Assembly (NCBI GenBank): GCA_947478405.1
Contig: CANJVX010000005.1
Coordinates: 2,255-66,254, forward strand
Source of the DNA: Beijerinckiaceae bacterium
Lineage (GTDB): Bacteria > Pseudomonadota > Alphaproteobacteria > Rhizobiales > Beijerinckiaceae
Direction: 5' to 3'
DNA length: 64,000 bases
Position numbers and translations under genes: made by a program. The notes under the pieces are model-generated. The model saw nothing but the letters and a program-made list of their open reading frames with translations, was not told the origin of the DNA and did no database searches. Positions 28,332 through 37,724 of this stretch are shown piece by piece. The stretch's first letter is position 1; each line of letters begins with the position of its first letter.

Positions 28332-29120
28332 TCAATCCTTGGTCCAGGGAACGAGCCTTGCTTCCAGCAAAGCAAAGGCGCTGTTCATCGCAATGCCGCT
28401 CGCTGCAAGAATACTCACTGCAGCAAATAATTCAGGCATGTTGAAACTGTCAGCTGAAGCACCGATGAGGCGACCTAACCCCATGCGCGAACCAAAGAGT
28501 TCCGCCACAACAACACCTATCAATCCGCGGCCTATACCCAGCTTCAGGCCAGCTAGGATGAAAGGCGTAGCGGAGGGCAAAGACACTTTGAAAAAAAGCT
28601 GAGTAGGCGTGGCACCAAAAGAACGCATCATCTCCAGATAGCGCTCACTGGTAGAACGAATGCCCGCCTCCGTGTTGATGATAACAGCAAATACTACCAA
28701 CAAAACAACGACAACAATCTTTGACCAGACGCCAATGCCAAGCCAGAGAATAAAGAGCGGCCCAAGTGCAACTGTGGGCGTGGCATAAAAGCCAGAAATC
28801 CACGGCTGGAGCCAGTTTTTTGCAAAAGAATTTGTGGCGATCAAGAGTCCTACACAAATACCAATGACTGCAGCTATCGCATAACCTGCGAGAAACTCGA
28901 CGCCGCTGGTGGCGACGTGGCGCCAAAGCTCACCCGTTTCAAAAAGATGCAGAAGCGCTTTCATCACTTGGTAGGGTGAGGCCAGAAAGAGCGGATTTGC
29001 GATGACATAGTCCGAAATCATCTGCCACACAAAAAGTCCGCTCACGACAGAGAGAAGCGAAATCTGCCAAGGGGCAAATCGGGCTCTATGATCCGCAGGC
29101 GTTTTGGGTGCAGCACTCAT
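28332..29120 (-). CDS. ABC transporter permease (NitT/TauT family)
   Basis: Multi-TM protein with EAA-type loop RYLEMMRSFGATPTQLFFKVSLPSATPFILAGLKLG. ATG 29120 overlaps the upstream stop (ATGA). Confidence 0.85.
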   Translation of the reverse strand: MSAAPKTPADHRARFAPWQISLLSVVSGLFVWQMISDYVIANPLFLASPYQVMKALLHLFETGELWRHVATSGVEFLAGYAIAAVIGICVGLLIATNSFAKNWLQPWISGFYATPTVALGPLFILWLGIGVWSKIVVVVLLVVFAVIINTEAGIRSTSERYLEMMRSFGATPTQLFFKVSLPSATPFILAGLKLGIGRGLIGVVVAELFGSRMGLGRLIGASADSFNMPELFAAVSILAASGIAMNSAFALLEARLVPWTKD

Positions 29121-30040
29121 TGCGCATGACCACGCAGGAGTTTCATGGCGTCTTCGTGCCATGAAAGATCATAATAATCTTCCGGCGCGCCGCAGCGGCT
29201 TTCGGGTGCAAAGAAACGGCGCAGGGCGAGTGTATTTTCAACTGCTTTTCGATCCATCGCAGCGATGGGGTCGAGGCCGTATTTGGGTACGCGCAAGAGA
29301 CGCACAGCCTCATCGGCCATTGACGGGTCGATTTTTAATTTGGCTACAGCAAGGTCTGCGCAGGCCGCCTGATGCACGGGGTCGAGCACATAAGCAAGAC
29401 ATTCCACAAAGGCAGCAATATAGCGGATTGTCAGATCGCCATTGTCCCGAAACCAAGAGCGCAAGCCGAAGGCGGAGCCTGCCTGATAGGGGCCGATATA
29501 ATCGGTCGTGTCACCTAAAGATCGCATGCCAAGGGCTTTGGTCTCCAGCGAATATGGCACATTGAGAACAGCTGACGAGCGGGTGGGATGATCACGCAAA
29601 GCTTGTACTCGCAGCTCCCCGCGACCGACCGCAACGACCTCATAATCGCGATCGCGAACCAATCCCTCGTCCGCAAAAATACGATAGGCCTGCAACGCAA
29701 AGGCCGTATCAGGCGCATCTACAAAGAGGCGCCCGCCGCGTATATCCTCGACCTTTTCAATATCCGGTGTGACGATCAGCTCATTCATGCCGGGATCGCC
29801 GCCCATAATAGCCACGACATCCACACCATCGTCGTCACGCATAGAGACCGCATTGTCGATGGCGACATGCACGATCTGGAAATCGCCATTGGCAATGCCG
29901 TCACGCTGGGCGCGAGAAGAATTGGTCGAGACGAGCTCCAGGGCAATGCCCCGGCGCTCGAAGATGCCCTGGGCCAATCCCGCGTGAAAGGGGAGCGCCT
30001 TGGCTGTCGGATTACAATTGATGATCAGACGGTCGGCCAT
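29117..30040 (-). CDS. leaderless NMT1/THI5/SsuA-like binding-protein-fold protein (predicted cytoplasmic)
   Basis: 307 aa. PBP2-like alternation (LPFHAGLAQGIFERRGIALELV..., DFQIVHVAIDNAV, VAIMGG) but no signal peptide. First gene of the operon. Confidence 0.5.
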   Translation of the reverse strand: MADRLIINCNPTAKALPFHAGLAQGIFERRGIALELVSTNSSRAQRDGIANGDFQIVHVAIDNAVSMRDDDGVDVVAIMGGDPGMNELIVTPDIEKVEDIRGGRLFVDAPDTAFALQAYRIFADEGLVRDRDYEVVAVGRGELRVQALRDHPTRSSAVLNVPYSLETKALGMRSLGDTTDYIGPYQAGSAFGLRSWFRDNGDLTIRYIAAFVECLAYVLDPVHQAACADLAVAKLKIDPSMADEAVRLLRVPKYGLDPIAAMDRKAVENTLALRRFFAPESRCGAPEDYYDLSWHEDAMKLLRGHAQ

Positions 30041-30286
30041 ATTGCCTCAGCCCCAAATTGCGCGTGTGTGCACTGCACAATGGCGCTGCAGGATAGTTTC
30101 GGGAGGCACATCGTGCATGGACTTCATCTTTCCTCCCGCTACTTTCATGATGGACAGCGCCTTTGGTGCCACCTAATTTATTCGACAGGGAGAAGTCTCG
30201 CCTTTTCAGGGGCAACAAGCCAATCTGAAACGGACGCGATCTCATAAAATTTCTGCACCGGGCAACAAAAAGAACCGTGTCCTGCC

Positions 30287-31540
30287 ATGAATGACAGAAT
30301 TCCAAGTTTTCGGCATTTGCGCGTCTTTGACGCAATTGCGAAATGCAAGAATTTCAGCCGCGGCGCGGCGGCTGTTCATCTGTCCCAACCGGCGGCGACG
30401 CAGGCCATCATTAATCTCGAAAAATGGGCGACGGCCTCCCTATTTTATCGCAACAAAGGCGGCACTTATCTGACTGAGGAAGGCGCCGTCCTGCAGGAGG
30501 CCGTCCAGAAAATGTTTGATCGCGTTGAAAAAACTCTCGCGAGCGAAGTTTTCGACGGAACGAGCGAGAAGGCCCGTTTTGCCTCTTCACGAATCAAATC
30601 TTCACATGTGAAAGTGTTGCGTGCGATATCGGAATTTTCATCTCTGGAGCTGGCCGCCAATTGTCTGAAATTGTCACGTCCCGCTGTGCAACGCATCGCG
30701 CGTGACTTTGAAATGAGCCTTGGAATCCAGTTGTTCGAGCGCACCCCACGCGGCGTCTACGCCACGCCGATCGGCGCGCGGATCAGCCAATCTTTCCAGC
30801 AGGCGACGTTTGAACTTTCGGCTGCGCTTGATGAAATAGCCCTGCTGCAGCAACGTTTTTCGATGCAGCTGTTTATTGGCGCACAGCCTTTGTGCTCGAC
30901 ATCCCTGCTAGCCGCCAGCATTAATGATCTGCTCACTATCTATCCGCAGACGCAGGTTCGCATCATCGAGGGCTCGTATCATTATTTGCTGGATGAACTG
31001 CAAAACGGCCGGATCGAACTGATGTTTGGCGCCTTGAAGCGCCCCGACACGATCGACAATGTGCGCGAAGTTCCCCTCTTCAAGGAACCCTATTGTGTCG
31101 CCGCCCGTATTGACCACCCCCTGATGAGCAAGCCCAAAGTGACCTTGAAAGATATTGCCAACTGCGATTGGGTTTTGTCCGGACCCAGCACGCAGCGCCG
31201 CCGCACTTTCGAGATGATGTTCAAAAACTCGCCGGTGTGCCCTACAACGCAGATCGAGGCGACATCTGTTTCCGTCCAGATTGCCTTTCTGGCCTCCAGC
31301 AACAGGCTGGCGCTGCTCACGCCGCTCGAACTCGAATTCGATCCGCATATGGGCAAAATCGGCAAACTGGATTATGACACCGGCATTACTCGGATTCCCG
31401 ACGGCCTGACGGTGCGGACGGAATGGAAACCAAATATCGTCCAGAGCCGCTTTCTGTCCTGCTTGCGCAGCCGCATCATCGACATGCAGCGCATGCCAGA
31501 AGACCTGCCTGCGGATTTGCAGCTCCTGCTGACAGATTGA
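30287..31540 (+). CDS. LysR-family transcriptional regulator with duplicated N-terminal HTH domain
   Basis: Two LysR-type HTH segments (residues about 8-66 and about 106-163), then a LysR substrate-binding domain. 417 aa. Divergent from the 30040 operon. Confidence 0.85.
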   Translation: MNDRIPSFRHLRVFDAIAKCKNFSRGAAAVHLSQPAATQAIINLEKWATASLFYRNKGGTYLTEEGAVLQEAVQKMFDRVEKTLASEVFDGTSEKARFASSRIKSSHVKVLRAISEFSSLELAANCLKLSRPAVQRIARDFEMSLGIQLFERTPRGVYATPIGARISQSFQQATFELSAALDEIALLQQRFSMQLFIGAQPLCSTSLLAASINDLLTIYPQTQVRIIEGSYHYLLDELQNGRIELMFGALKRPDTIDNVREVPLFKEPYCVAARIDHPLMSKPKVTLKDIANCDWVLSGPSTQRRRTFEMMFKNSPVCPTTQIEATSVSVQIAFLASSNRLALLTPLELEFDPHMGKIGKLDYDTGITRIPDGLTVRTEWKPNIVQSRFLSCLRSRIIDMQRMPEDLPADLQLLLTD

Positions 31541-31680
31541 TAGAAGGCCACCCGTCCGATATCAATTTGGAATAGGCTTTCACTTATCGACTTTTCGTCC
31601 CGACATCTCGCTTTTCGGGACATCAGCGGCCATGTTAAAAGCTGACGATATAGACGGGCTTCGCCCCAATGGAGGACATC

Positions 31681-32628
31681 ATGACCGAGATCCGCGTCAA
31701 CGGCCTGCGTGGCGTTGAACTTTCTGTCTTCAACCTGAAGGACACGGCGGATTTCTACGCCAACGCTTGGGGGCTGTCCGAAGTCGCCGCCGCCAATGGC
31801 GCAGCCTATCTGCGCGCCGCCGGCAACGAGCACCATGTGCTCACTCTGCATGAGCGCCCGCGCGCTGGCCTTGTGGCCATCAATTTCTCCGCTCCCTCGC
31901 GCATTGCCGTTGATGGCTTGCATGCCAAAGCAAAAGCGATGGGCTGCGAGATCGTCAGTGCGCCTGCCGAGCTTTCCGCAATTGCCGGTGGCGGCTATGG
32001 CTTTTCGGTGAAGTCACCTGAAGGCCAGACGCTCAACATTTCAGCCGATGTCGTCCAACATGGCGGCGGCGCTTTTCACGATCATTCGCGCCCGATGAAA
32101 ATGTCACATGCCGTGCTCAATGTTGCCGATGTCGACAAGCAACGCGCTTTCTTCATCGACGTGTTGGGCTTCCGCCTGACCGATTCCACAGCACGAATGG
32201 ATTTCGTCCGTTGCTCTTCCTACCATCATTCCATCGCACTCGCCCGCGCGCAGGGTGCTGGCCTCAATCACATGGCTTATGAAATCGAAAATTTCGATGG
32301 CCTGATGCGTGGTGCTGGCCGCATGAAGAAACATGGCTTCAAGATCGGCTGGGGCGTCGGTCGTCACGGACCGGGCAATAATCTCTTTTCCTATTTCATC
32401 GAACCAAACGGTTTCGTCACCGAATATACGGCCGAGGTCGATTATATTGATGAGGCCACGCATATTGTCGGCACGCCCGACTATTGGGCCAAAATTATGA
32501 ATGGTCCTGACCGCTTCGGTCTGGCAGACCCCTCGCCTGAATTGCGCGATGCCATGGCCGGGAAAATTCTGGAAGAACGCAATAAGGCCTGCGAAGAGAT
32601 CATCTCACAAAAACTTGCGACCGCTTGA
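31681..32628 (+). CDS. two-domain VOC-family extradiol dioxygenase-like protein
   Basis: Two glyoxalase/VOC modules (GLRGVELSVFNLKDTADFY...; MSHAVLNVADVDKQRAFFIDVLGFRL...HHSIAL...NHMAYEIEN). GGAGGA precedes ATG 31681; ATG 31669 is the alternative. Confidence 0.7.
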   Translation: MTEIRVNGLRGVELSVFNLKDTADFYANAWGLSEVAAANGAAYLRAAGNEHHVLTLHERPRAGLVAINFSAPSRIAVDGLHAKAKAMGCEIVSAPAELSAIAGGGYGFSVKSPEGQTLNISADVVQHGGGAFHDHSRPMKMSHAVLNVADVDKQRAFFIDVLGFRLTDSTARMDFVRCSSYHHSIALARAQGAGLNHMAYEIENFDGLMRGAGRMKKHGFKIGWGVGRHGPGNNLFSYFIEPNGFVTEYTAEVDYIDEATHIVGTPDYWAKIMNGPDRFGLADPSPELRDAMAGKILEERNKACEEIISQKLATA

Positions 32629-32651
32629 TCCTAAGATTAACAGGAAAAGAC

Positions 32652-33548
32652 ATGTATCTTCTGGGCGAATCTCATGCGCAGGCGCCAGCAGGCGAGCGCT
32701 TCCGTGCCATGATCCGCAAAGGTGAAATTCTCGGCATTCCAGGCACACATAACGGGCTCTGCTCTTTGCAAGCCAAGCGCGCCGGCTTCAAGGCGGTTTA
32801 TCTCTCGGGCGCTGCAGTTTCAGCCTCCATGGGCTTGCCTGATCTTGGCATTCTCACCATTGAAGACATGGCTTTTTACATCCGCCAGGTCTCGCGCGCC
32901 TCGGGATTGCCTGTGCTGGTGGATGGCGACACAGGCTATGGCGAAGCGCTCAATGTCATGAACATGGTGCGCTGCTTTGAGGATGCAGGAGCCGGCGCTG
33001 TTCATCTTGAAGACCAGATTTTGCCTAAAAAATGTGGCCATCTCAGTGACAAGAAGCTGGCAAGTCGCGATGATATGGCAGCGAAAGTCGCAGCTGCTGC
33101 GCGTGCGCGCCGCCATCTCTTCATCATTGCCCGAACAGATGCAGCCGCCAGCGAAGGTCTCGATGGTGCAGTTGAGCGCGCTAAAGCCTATCTGGCCGCG
33201 GGTGCAGATGCGATCTTTCCCGAGGCTTTGACGGATGAGGGCATGTTCCGGGAATTTGCGCGCCGGATCGATGCGCCTCTTCTCGCCAATATGACGGAAT
33301 TCGGCCGTACCCCGTTTTTCACTGCCGAGCAATTCAAGGAAATGGGCTATCGCATGGTCATATGGCCTGTCAGCTCGCTGCGTGTCTCGGCCAAGGCTTC
33401 TGAGTGCCTCTACGCCAATATTCGCGACGCAGGCTCGACCGAGGCGCTTCTGGCGCAGATGCAAACACGCGCTGAGCTTTATGATCTGATCGGCTATCAC
33501 CATTTCGAGGCCTTGGACCAATCGATTGCAAGATCGATCATTCCCTGA
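32652..33548 (+). CDS. isocitrate lyase/PEP mutase family protein (methylisocitrate lyase-like)
   Basis: VLVDGDTGYG and HLEDQILPKKCGHL motifs. AGGAAAAG RBS before ATG 32652; the listed 32625 is a TTG overlapping the upstream stop. Confidence 0.8.
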   Translation: MYLLGESHAQAPAGERFRAMIRKGEILGIPGTHNGLCSLQAKRAGFKAVYLSGAAVSASMGLPDLGILTIEDMAFYIRQVSRASGLPVLVDGDTGYGEALNVMNMVRCFEDAGAGAVHLEDQILPKKCGHLSDKKLASRDDMAAKVAAAARARRHLFIIARTDAAASEGLDGAVERAKAYLAAGADAIFPEALTDEGMFREFARRIDAPLLANMTEFGRTPFFTAEQFKEMGYRMVIWPVSSLRVSAKASECLYANIRDAGSTEALLAQMQTRAELYDLIGYHHFEALDQSIARSIIP

Positions 33549-33583
33549 ACTGTCGCAAGGCGCGCCACCTTTAGAGACGACAA

Positions 33584-33611
33584 CGCCCAGTCGCCGACTG
33601 GGTGTTTTTTA
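33584..33611 (+). terminator. rho-independent terminator
   Basis: Stem CGCCCAGTC (33584-33592) / GACTGGGTG (33596-33604) with a 3-nt loop, followed by TTTTTT. Confidence 0.65.
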
Positions 33612-33732
33612 TTCATTTTTCTGAGGCATTGCGACATCTCACGCCACTCGTTGCATTGGCAATCTTTTAAAAGGGGGATTAAACTGGATTTCAGGCGTCA
33701 TCGAAGAACGCCGTCATGGGGAGTGGAAAGCC

Positions 33733-34845
33733 ATGGTCGCGACAAACCGCGATGAAACGCGCATTTACAATAAGAACAAATTCAAGCTTGGCCTGTTTGG
33801 TATGAATTGCTCGGGCGGCCTCAGCCTGACGCTCGCACCCGAGCGCTGGGATGCGACTTGGGACAATAATGTTAAAGCGGCGCAGATGGCCGACGAGGCT
33901 GGCCTCGAATTTCTGCTGCCCATCGGTCGCTGGCATGGCTATCAAGGCCAGAGCGACACACAAGGCACGACCTTCGAAACTCTCACCTGGGCATGCGGCC
34001 TGCTCGCGCTCACCAAAGAGATCACCACATTCGGCACGCTGCATGTGGCCTTCTGCAATCCTGTTTTCTCGGCTAAGCAAATGGTCACGGCAGACCATAT
34101 CGGCCATGGCCGCTTCGGCCTGAATATTGTCTCGGGCTGGAACCCGGTTGAGTTCGGCATGATGGGCGTCGAGCTCAAAGAGCATGACGACCGGTATGCC
34201 TACAGCCAGGAATGGATCGAAATCGTCAAGCGCGTCTGGTCCGAGAGCGAACCATTTGATCACGATGGGCAGATGTTCAAACTGAGGGGTGTGCTCGGAA
34301 AGCCCAAGCCCTATTGGGGCTCGCGGCCAATTCTGGTTAGCGCCGGCAACTCAAATGTTGGCCGTGAATTTGCCGCGGGCAACGCTGATTGCCTTTTTAC
34401 CTCTATCCCCAAACTCGATGATCTGAAGCCAAAAATCGACGGCTTCCGCGCTGCGGCACCTCCCGGCCAGCTGCGCAATATTTTTGCCAGCTGTCACCTG
34501 ATGGTGCGCAAGACCCGCAAGGAAGCGCAGGATTATCATCATTACGTCGTCTACGAAAAAGGCGATTGGGAAGCAGCTGCCTATGCGGCTGATTTCCGCG
34601 GCAATCGCCTCAACACCTGGATGAAAGAACAGACCGATCTGAAAGCGCGTCTCATCAGCGGCGCAGGCTATCCGATGGTGGGATCATATGACGATGCGGT
34701 CGAGACATTCCTCAAGCTCCATGAAATGGGGCTCGATGGCCTAGCTTGTGGCATGATCAATTATATCGATGACTTCGCCCATATTCGTGACGAACTCCTT
34801 CCCCGCATGGAGCGGGCGGGATTGCGCGAGCCAGTAAAGCGCTAA
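33733..34845 (+). CDS. LLM-class (luciferase-like) flavin-dependent monooxygenase
   Basis: 370 aa. FKLGLFGMNCSGG...LLPIGRWHGY...GRFGLNIVSGWN is typical of RutA/SfnG-like LLM oxidoreductases. Confidence 0.8.
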   Translation: MVATNRDETRIYNKNKFKLGLFGMNCSGGLSLTLAPERWDATWDNNVKAAQMADEAGLEFLLPIGRWHGYQGQSDTQGTTFETLTWACGLLALTKEITTFGTLHVAFCNPVFSAKQMVTADHIGHGRFGLNIVSGWNPVEFGMMGVELKEHDDRYAYSQEWIEIVKRVWSESEPFDHDGQMFKLRGVLGKPKPYWGSRPILVSAGNSNVGREFAAGNADCLFTSIPKLDDLKPKIDGFRAAAPPGQLRNIFASCHLMVRKTRKEAQDYHHYVVYEKGDWEAAAYAADFRGNRLNTWMKEQTDLKARLISGAGYPMVGSYDDAVETFLKLHEMGLDGLACGMINYIDDFAHIRDELLPRMERAGLREPVKR

Positions 34846-34860
34846 AAAGACAGCGGCGCC

Positions 34861-36597
34861 TCAGACAGAGAACTGATGGCGCCGCGTCAACATATGAAAA
34901 GTCACGCTGACACAGGTCATCAGCGCAATCCACAGAATGCCCATAGCGGCGAGTTCTGTGACCTGACCATTCTGCCACAATTCAAACAGCGTCACCGCCA
35001 TCACTTCCGAGCCCGGCCCGACCAGTAAGAGCGGCAGAGACACGGCCTGCACCGAGAGCAGGAAGATCATCAGCCAGGAACTAACGAGCGTGGCGGCCAG
35101 AAGCGGCATCAGAATTCGTATAAAAATACGCGCTTTGCTGGCGCCTGAAATGGTTGCCGCCTCTTCCAGATCAGAATGAATCTGCATCGTGCCCGCGAAT
35201 GCGTAGCGCATGCCATAGGGCAAGTAGCGCACGGATGACGCCAAAATCACCGACAGCAAGGTGCCGTAGAGTGGCAGCGACATATTCACGAAGACATCAA
35301 GAAAAGCCACACTGAGAATGATGGCTGGAAAGACAAGCGGCACCGAGGCAATCTGGTCGAGCAACCAAGCACCCGACGCGCGGCGAACGACAAGCCATGC
35401 ACAAAGCGCCGTAAAGGGCACCACCAAAGTTGCCGTCATCGTTCCCAGCATGAGTGTGTTGAGAATTGAATCTCGGAAAGAGCCCGGCTTCAGCAGAGCT
35501 TCGTAGTTTTCCAGTGATAAACGCGAAAAAGCCTCAAGTGAAACACCGCCATAAAACGGCTGGAAGGATGTAAACGCCAACATCAAAACCGGGACGACTG
35601 TGACGATAAGAAAAAGCGATACAAGAATTGCGGTTGCACCATACCGCCATGCGCCTAGATCGATCACGCGCGGACGGAAACCTTTTCCCGTGATGGTCTG
35701 GTAGCGCTTTGCATTCTTTGACAATTGGCTCTGCCACAGCATGAGCCCCAGAAGAATGACAACAAGGCACACAGAATAAGCGCCGGCCTCACCATAATTG
35801 GCAGCCCCTGCCTGTCGTGAACTTTGGTAAATCATCGTCGTGATGACACTGACATTGCCCGCAAGGCCAACCAATGCTGGCACTTCAAATGATTCAAAAG
35901 CTTTCACAAAGATCAGGAGCGTCAGGCCAGCCAGAGCCGGCAAAGCCATACGCAGACTGATACGCATAAAAGCCTTTACGGGGCTCGCACCCGACATCAT
36001 GGCTGCTTCTTCAAAGGACGCATCAGTGGAGCGCAAGACAGCTGACATCAGCAAGAAGGTCAGAGGGACAAATCCCACACCTTCAATCAGCATCATACCC
36101 CAGAGCGAATAAACATCGAGCATTTGCGATTTTTGAAAGACAAAACTGAGAAGGTCATTGACCGGGCCTGAACGTCCAAGCAGGAGCAACCACGCCACTG
36201 TGTAGAGAATATGTGGGACACCCAAAGAAATGATCGCCGCCAGAAACGCCAGCCTGCGCCCAGGTGCATTGGTCCGCTCAACAATCAGCGCCTGCAGAGT
36301 GCCGATGAAAATGGCGATCAGGGCTGACCCGCAGGCATAAATCACCGTGTTAATCAGGCTTGGGAGAAAGAGTTTGCCCTCAACAAGCTTCTGGTAAAAT
36401 CGCAAGGTAAAAGCGCCTGACGACCCATCCGGCAAGGTCTCATGGAAACTTGCATTCACAAGAAAAAGCGTCGGCGGCACTATTACGAAGAGCAAGATTC
36501 CTATCAAGATCAATACGACGGGTGAAATTCGCCATTGATCGAACCATGCGACTGCATGCTGTGCGGGAAGCGCCGTCTTATTCACCTGTGTCGTCAC
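34861..36597 (-). CDS. two-domain ABC importer permease (FbpB/ThiP-like, Fe3+/thiamine-type)
   Basis: 578 aa, about 12 TM, with two EAA loops (FEEAAMMSGASPVKAFMRISLRMALPAL and LEEAATISGASKARIFIRILMPLL). GTG start. Confidence 0.8.
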   Translation of the reverse strand: MTTQVNKTALPAQHAVAWFDQWRISPVVLILIGILLFVIVPPTLFLVNASFHETLPDGSSGAFTLRFYQKLVEGKLFLPSLINTVIYACGSALIAIFIGTLQALIVERTNAPGRRLAFLAAIISLGVPHILYTVAWLLLLGRSGPVNDLLSFVFQKSQMLDVYSLWGMMLIEGVGFVPLTFLLMSAVLRSTDASFEEAAMMSGASPVKAFMRISLRMALPALAGLTLLIFVKAFESFEVPALVGLAGNVSVITTMIYQSSRQAGAANYGEAGAYSVCLVVILLGLMLWQSQLSKNAKRYQTITGKGFRPRVIDLGAWRYGATAILVSLFLIVTVVPVLMLAFTSFQPFYGGVSLEAFSRLSLENYEALLKPGSFRDSILNTLMLGTMTATLVVPFTALCAWLVVRRASGAWLLDQIASVPLVFPAIILSVAFLDVFVNMSLPLYGTLLSVILASSVRYLPYGMRYAFAGTMQIHSDLEEAATISGASKARIFIRILMPLLAATLVSSWLMIFLLSVQAVSLPLLLVGPGSEVMAVTLFELWQNGQVTELAAMGILWIALMTCVSVTFHMLTRRHQFSV

Positions 36598-36611
36598 GAT
36601 AATGCTTCACC

Positions 36612-37724
36612 TTACCTGAAACGCTCTTCCCAGATTTTCTGGGAGGATTCGTAATAGCGATTGAGTTTTTCTGAGCCGACAAACAATTCCTGCACGCCTG
36701 CCTTCTTCGGCACAACGGGCGCTAAAGTTTCCAGCGGAGCAACGTCGGGCCTAACTGGGAAATATTCCGCCTTGGCAAAAATTTCTTGCCCCTCCTTCGA
36801 GAGAATGAAATCAGCAAGCAACATAGCTGCATGCGGATGGCGCACGCCCTTGGGCACAACCATCGTCCCTGCCGTAGACGGCACAGGCTCAAGAAGAACA
36901 GTATTGACGGGCGCACCCTTGGCTTTGCTGATCAGCGGATGATGCGCGAAAATATTCAGTGCAATGGGAATCTCGCCTGCAATCACGCGATCAACCAGGG
37001 TGCGGGCACTGCCTGAACCAAAATTAATGATCTGTTGCTCAGCAAGCTTGCTAAAATATTCCGCTGCCTTTTCCTCGCCGCGAACGATCCGCTGCGTGGT
37101 GATGAACAAAGGCGTACCGCTCGATGTATTGATGCGCCAAGCAATCTTGCCCTTCCACTTTGGATCGAGCAGATCGTCATAAGTCTTGGGCACCTGATCG
37201 GGCGGAACGAGCTTGGTGTTATAGGCCATGCCAAAATAGCTGATACGCGAGCTGGCCCAATTGCCGCGCGGATCGCGATAGATTTCCGGAAGTTCGTCAG
37301 TCGCAGGTGTGGTGAAAGGCACGGTGAGCCCCGATTCCACAGCAAGCTCGCCAACGCCGGTTCCCTCAACCAGATCAGCCACAACATTCTTGGCGCGCAC
37401 TTCGGCTGAAAGTTTTGCGATAATCTCTTCAGTATCGGCACGCCAATAGGTGAGCTTCACGAATGGGTATTTCTTCATGAAGGCTTCGGCTATCGGACGC
37501 AAAGCCTGATTGACGATGGCAGCTGAATAAATCACCACCAGTCCTTCTTTGCGCGCGCCCTCAATCAGAAGACGCTCGCGATCAGCCGAGCGATGAGTGA
37601 GAATCGAGAGATCCTGCGCATACGTAGGACCGGCACACAGCAAACTTGCAAAAAGGCCCGCAAGGATAAAATGTGTTTTCCGAGGCGCTTGCATGACAGA
37701 CCCCTTGATTATCGAACTGCTCAT
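36612..37724 (-). CDS. ABC substrate-binding protein (Fe3+/family-1 extracellular solute-binding type)
   Basis: Signal peptide MQAPRKTHFILAGLFASLLCAGPTYA within the N-terminus. ATG 37724 overlaps the stop of the upstream enolase-superfamily gene (ATGA). Paralog of 38882-39991. Confidence 0.75.
   Translation of the reverse strand: MSSSIIKGSVMQAPRKTHFILAGLFASLLCAGPTYAQDLSILTHRSADRERLLIEGARKEGLVVIYSAAIVNQALRPIAEAFMKKYPFVKLTYWRADTEEIIAKLSAEVRAKNVVADLVEGTGVGELAVESGLTVPFTTPATDELPEIYRDPRGNWASSRISYFGMAYNTKLVPPDQVPKTYDDLLDPKWKGKIAWRINTSSGTPLFITTQRIVRGEEKAAEYFSKLAEQQIINFGSGSARTLVDRVIAGEIPIALNIFAHHPLISKAKGAPVNTVLLEPVPSTAGTMVVPKGVRHPHAAMLLADFILSKEGQEIFAKAEYFPVRPDVAPLETLAPVVPKKAGVQELFVGSEKLNRYYESSQKIWEERFR

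Noticed and set aside
31588-31612. Hairpin GTCCCGA-N11-TCGGGAC after the LysR gene, as a possible terminator.
   Set aside because: A 7-bp stem with an 11-nt loop and no following U-tract. Insufficient for a rho-independent terminator call.
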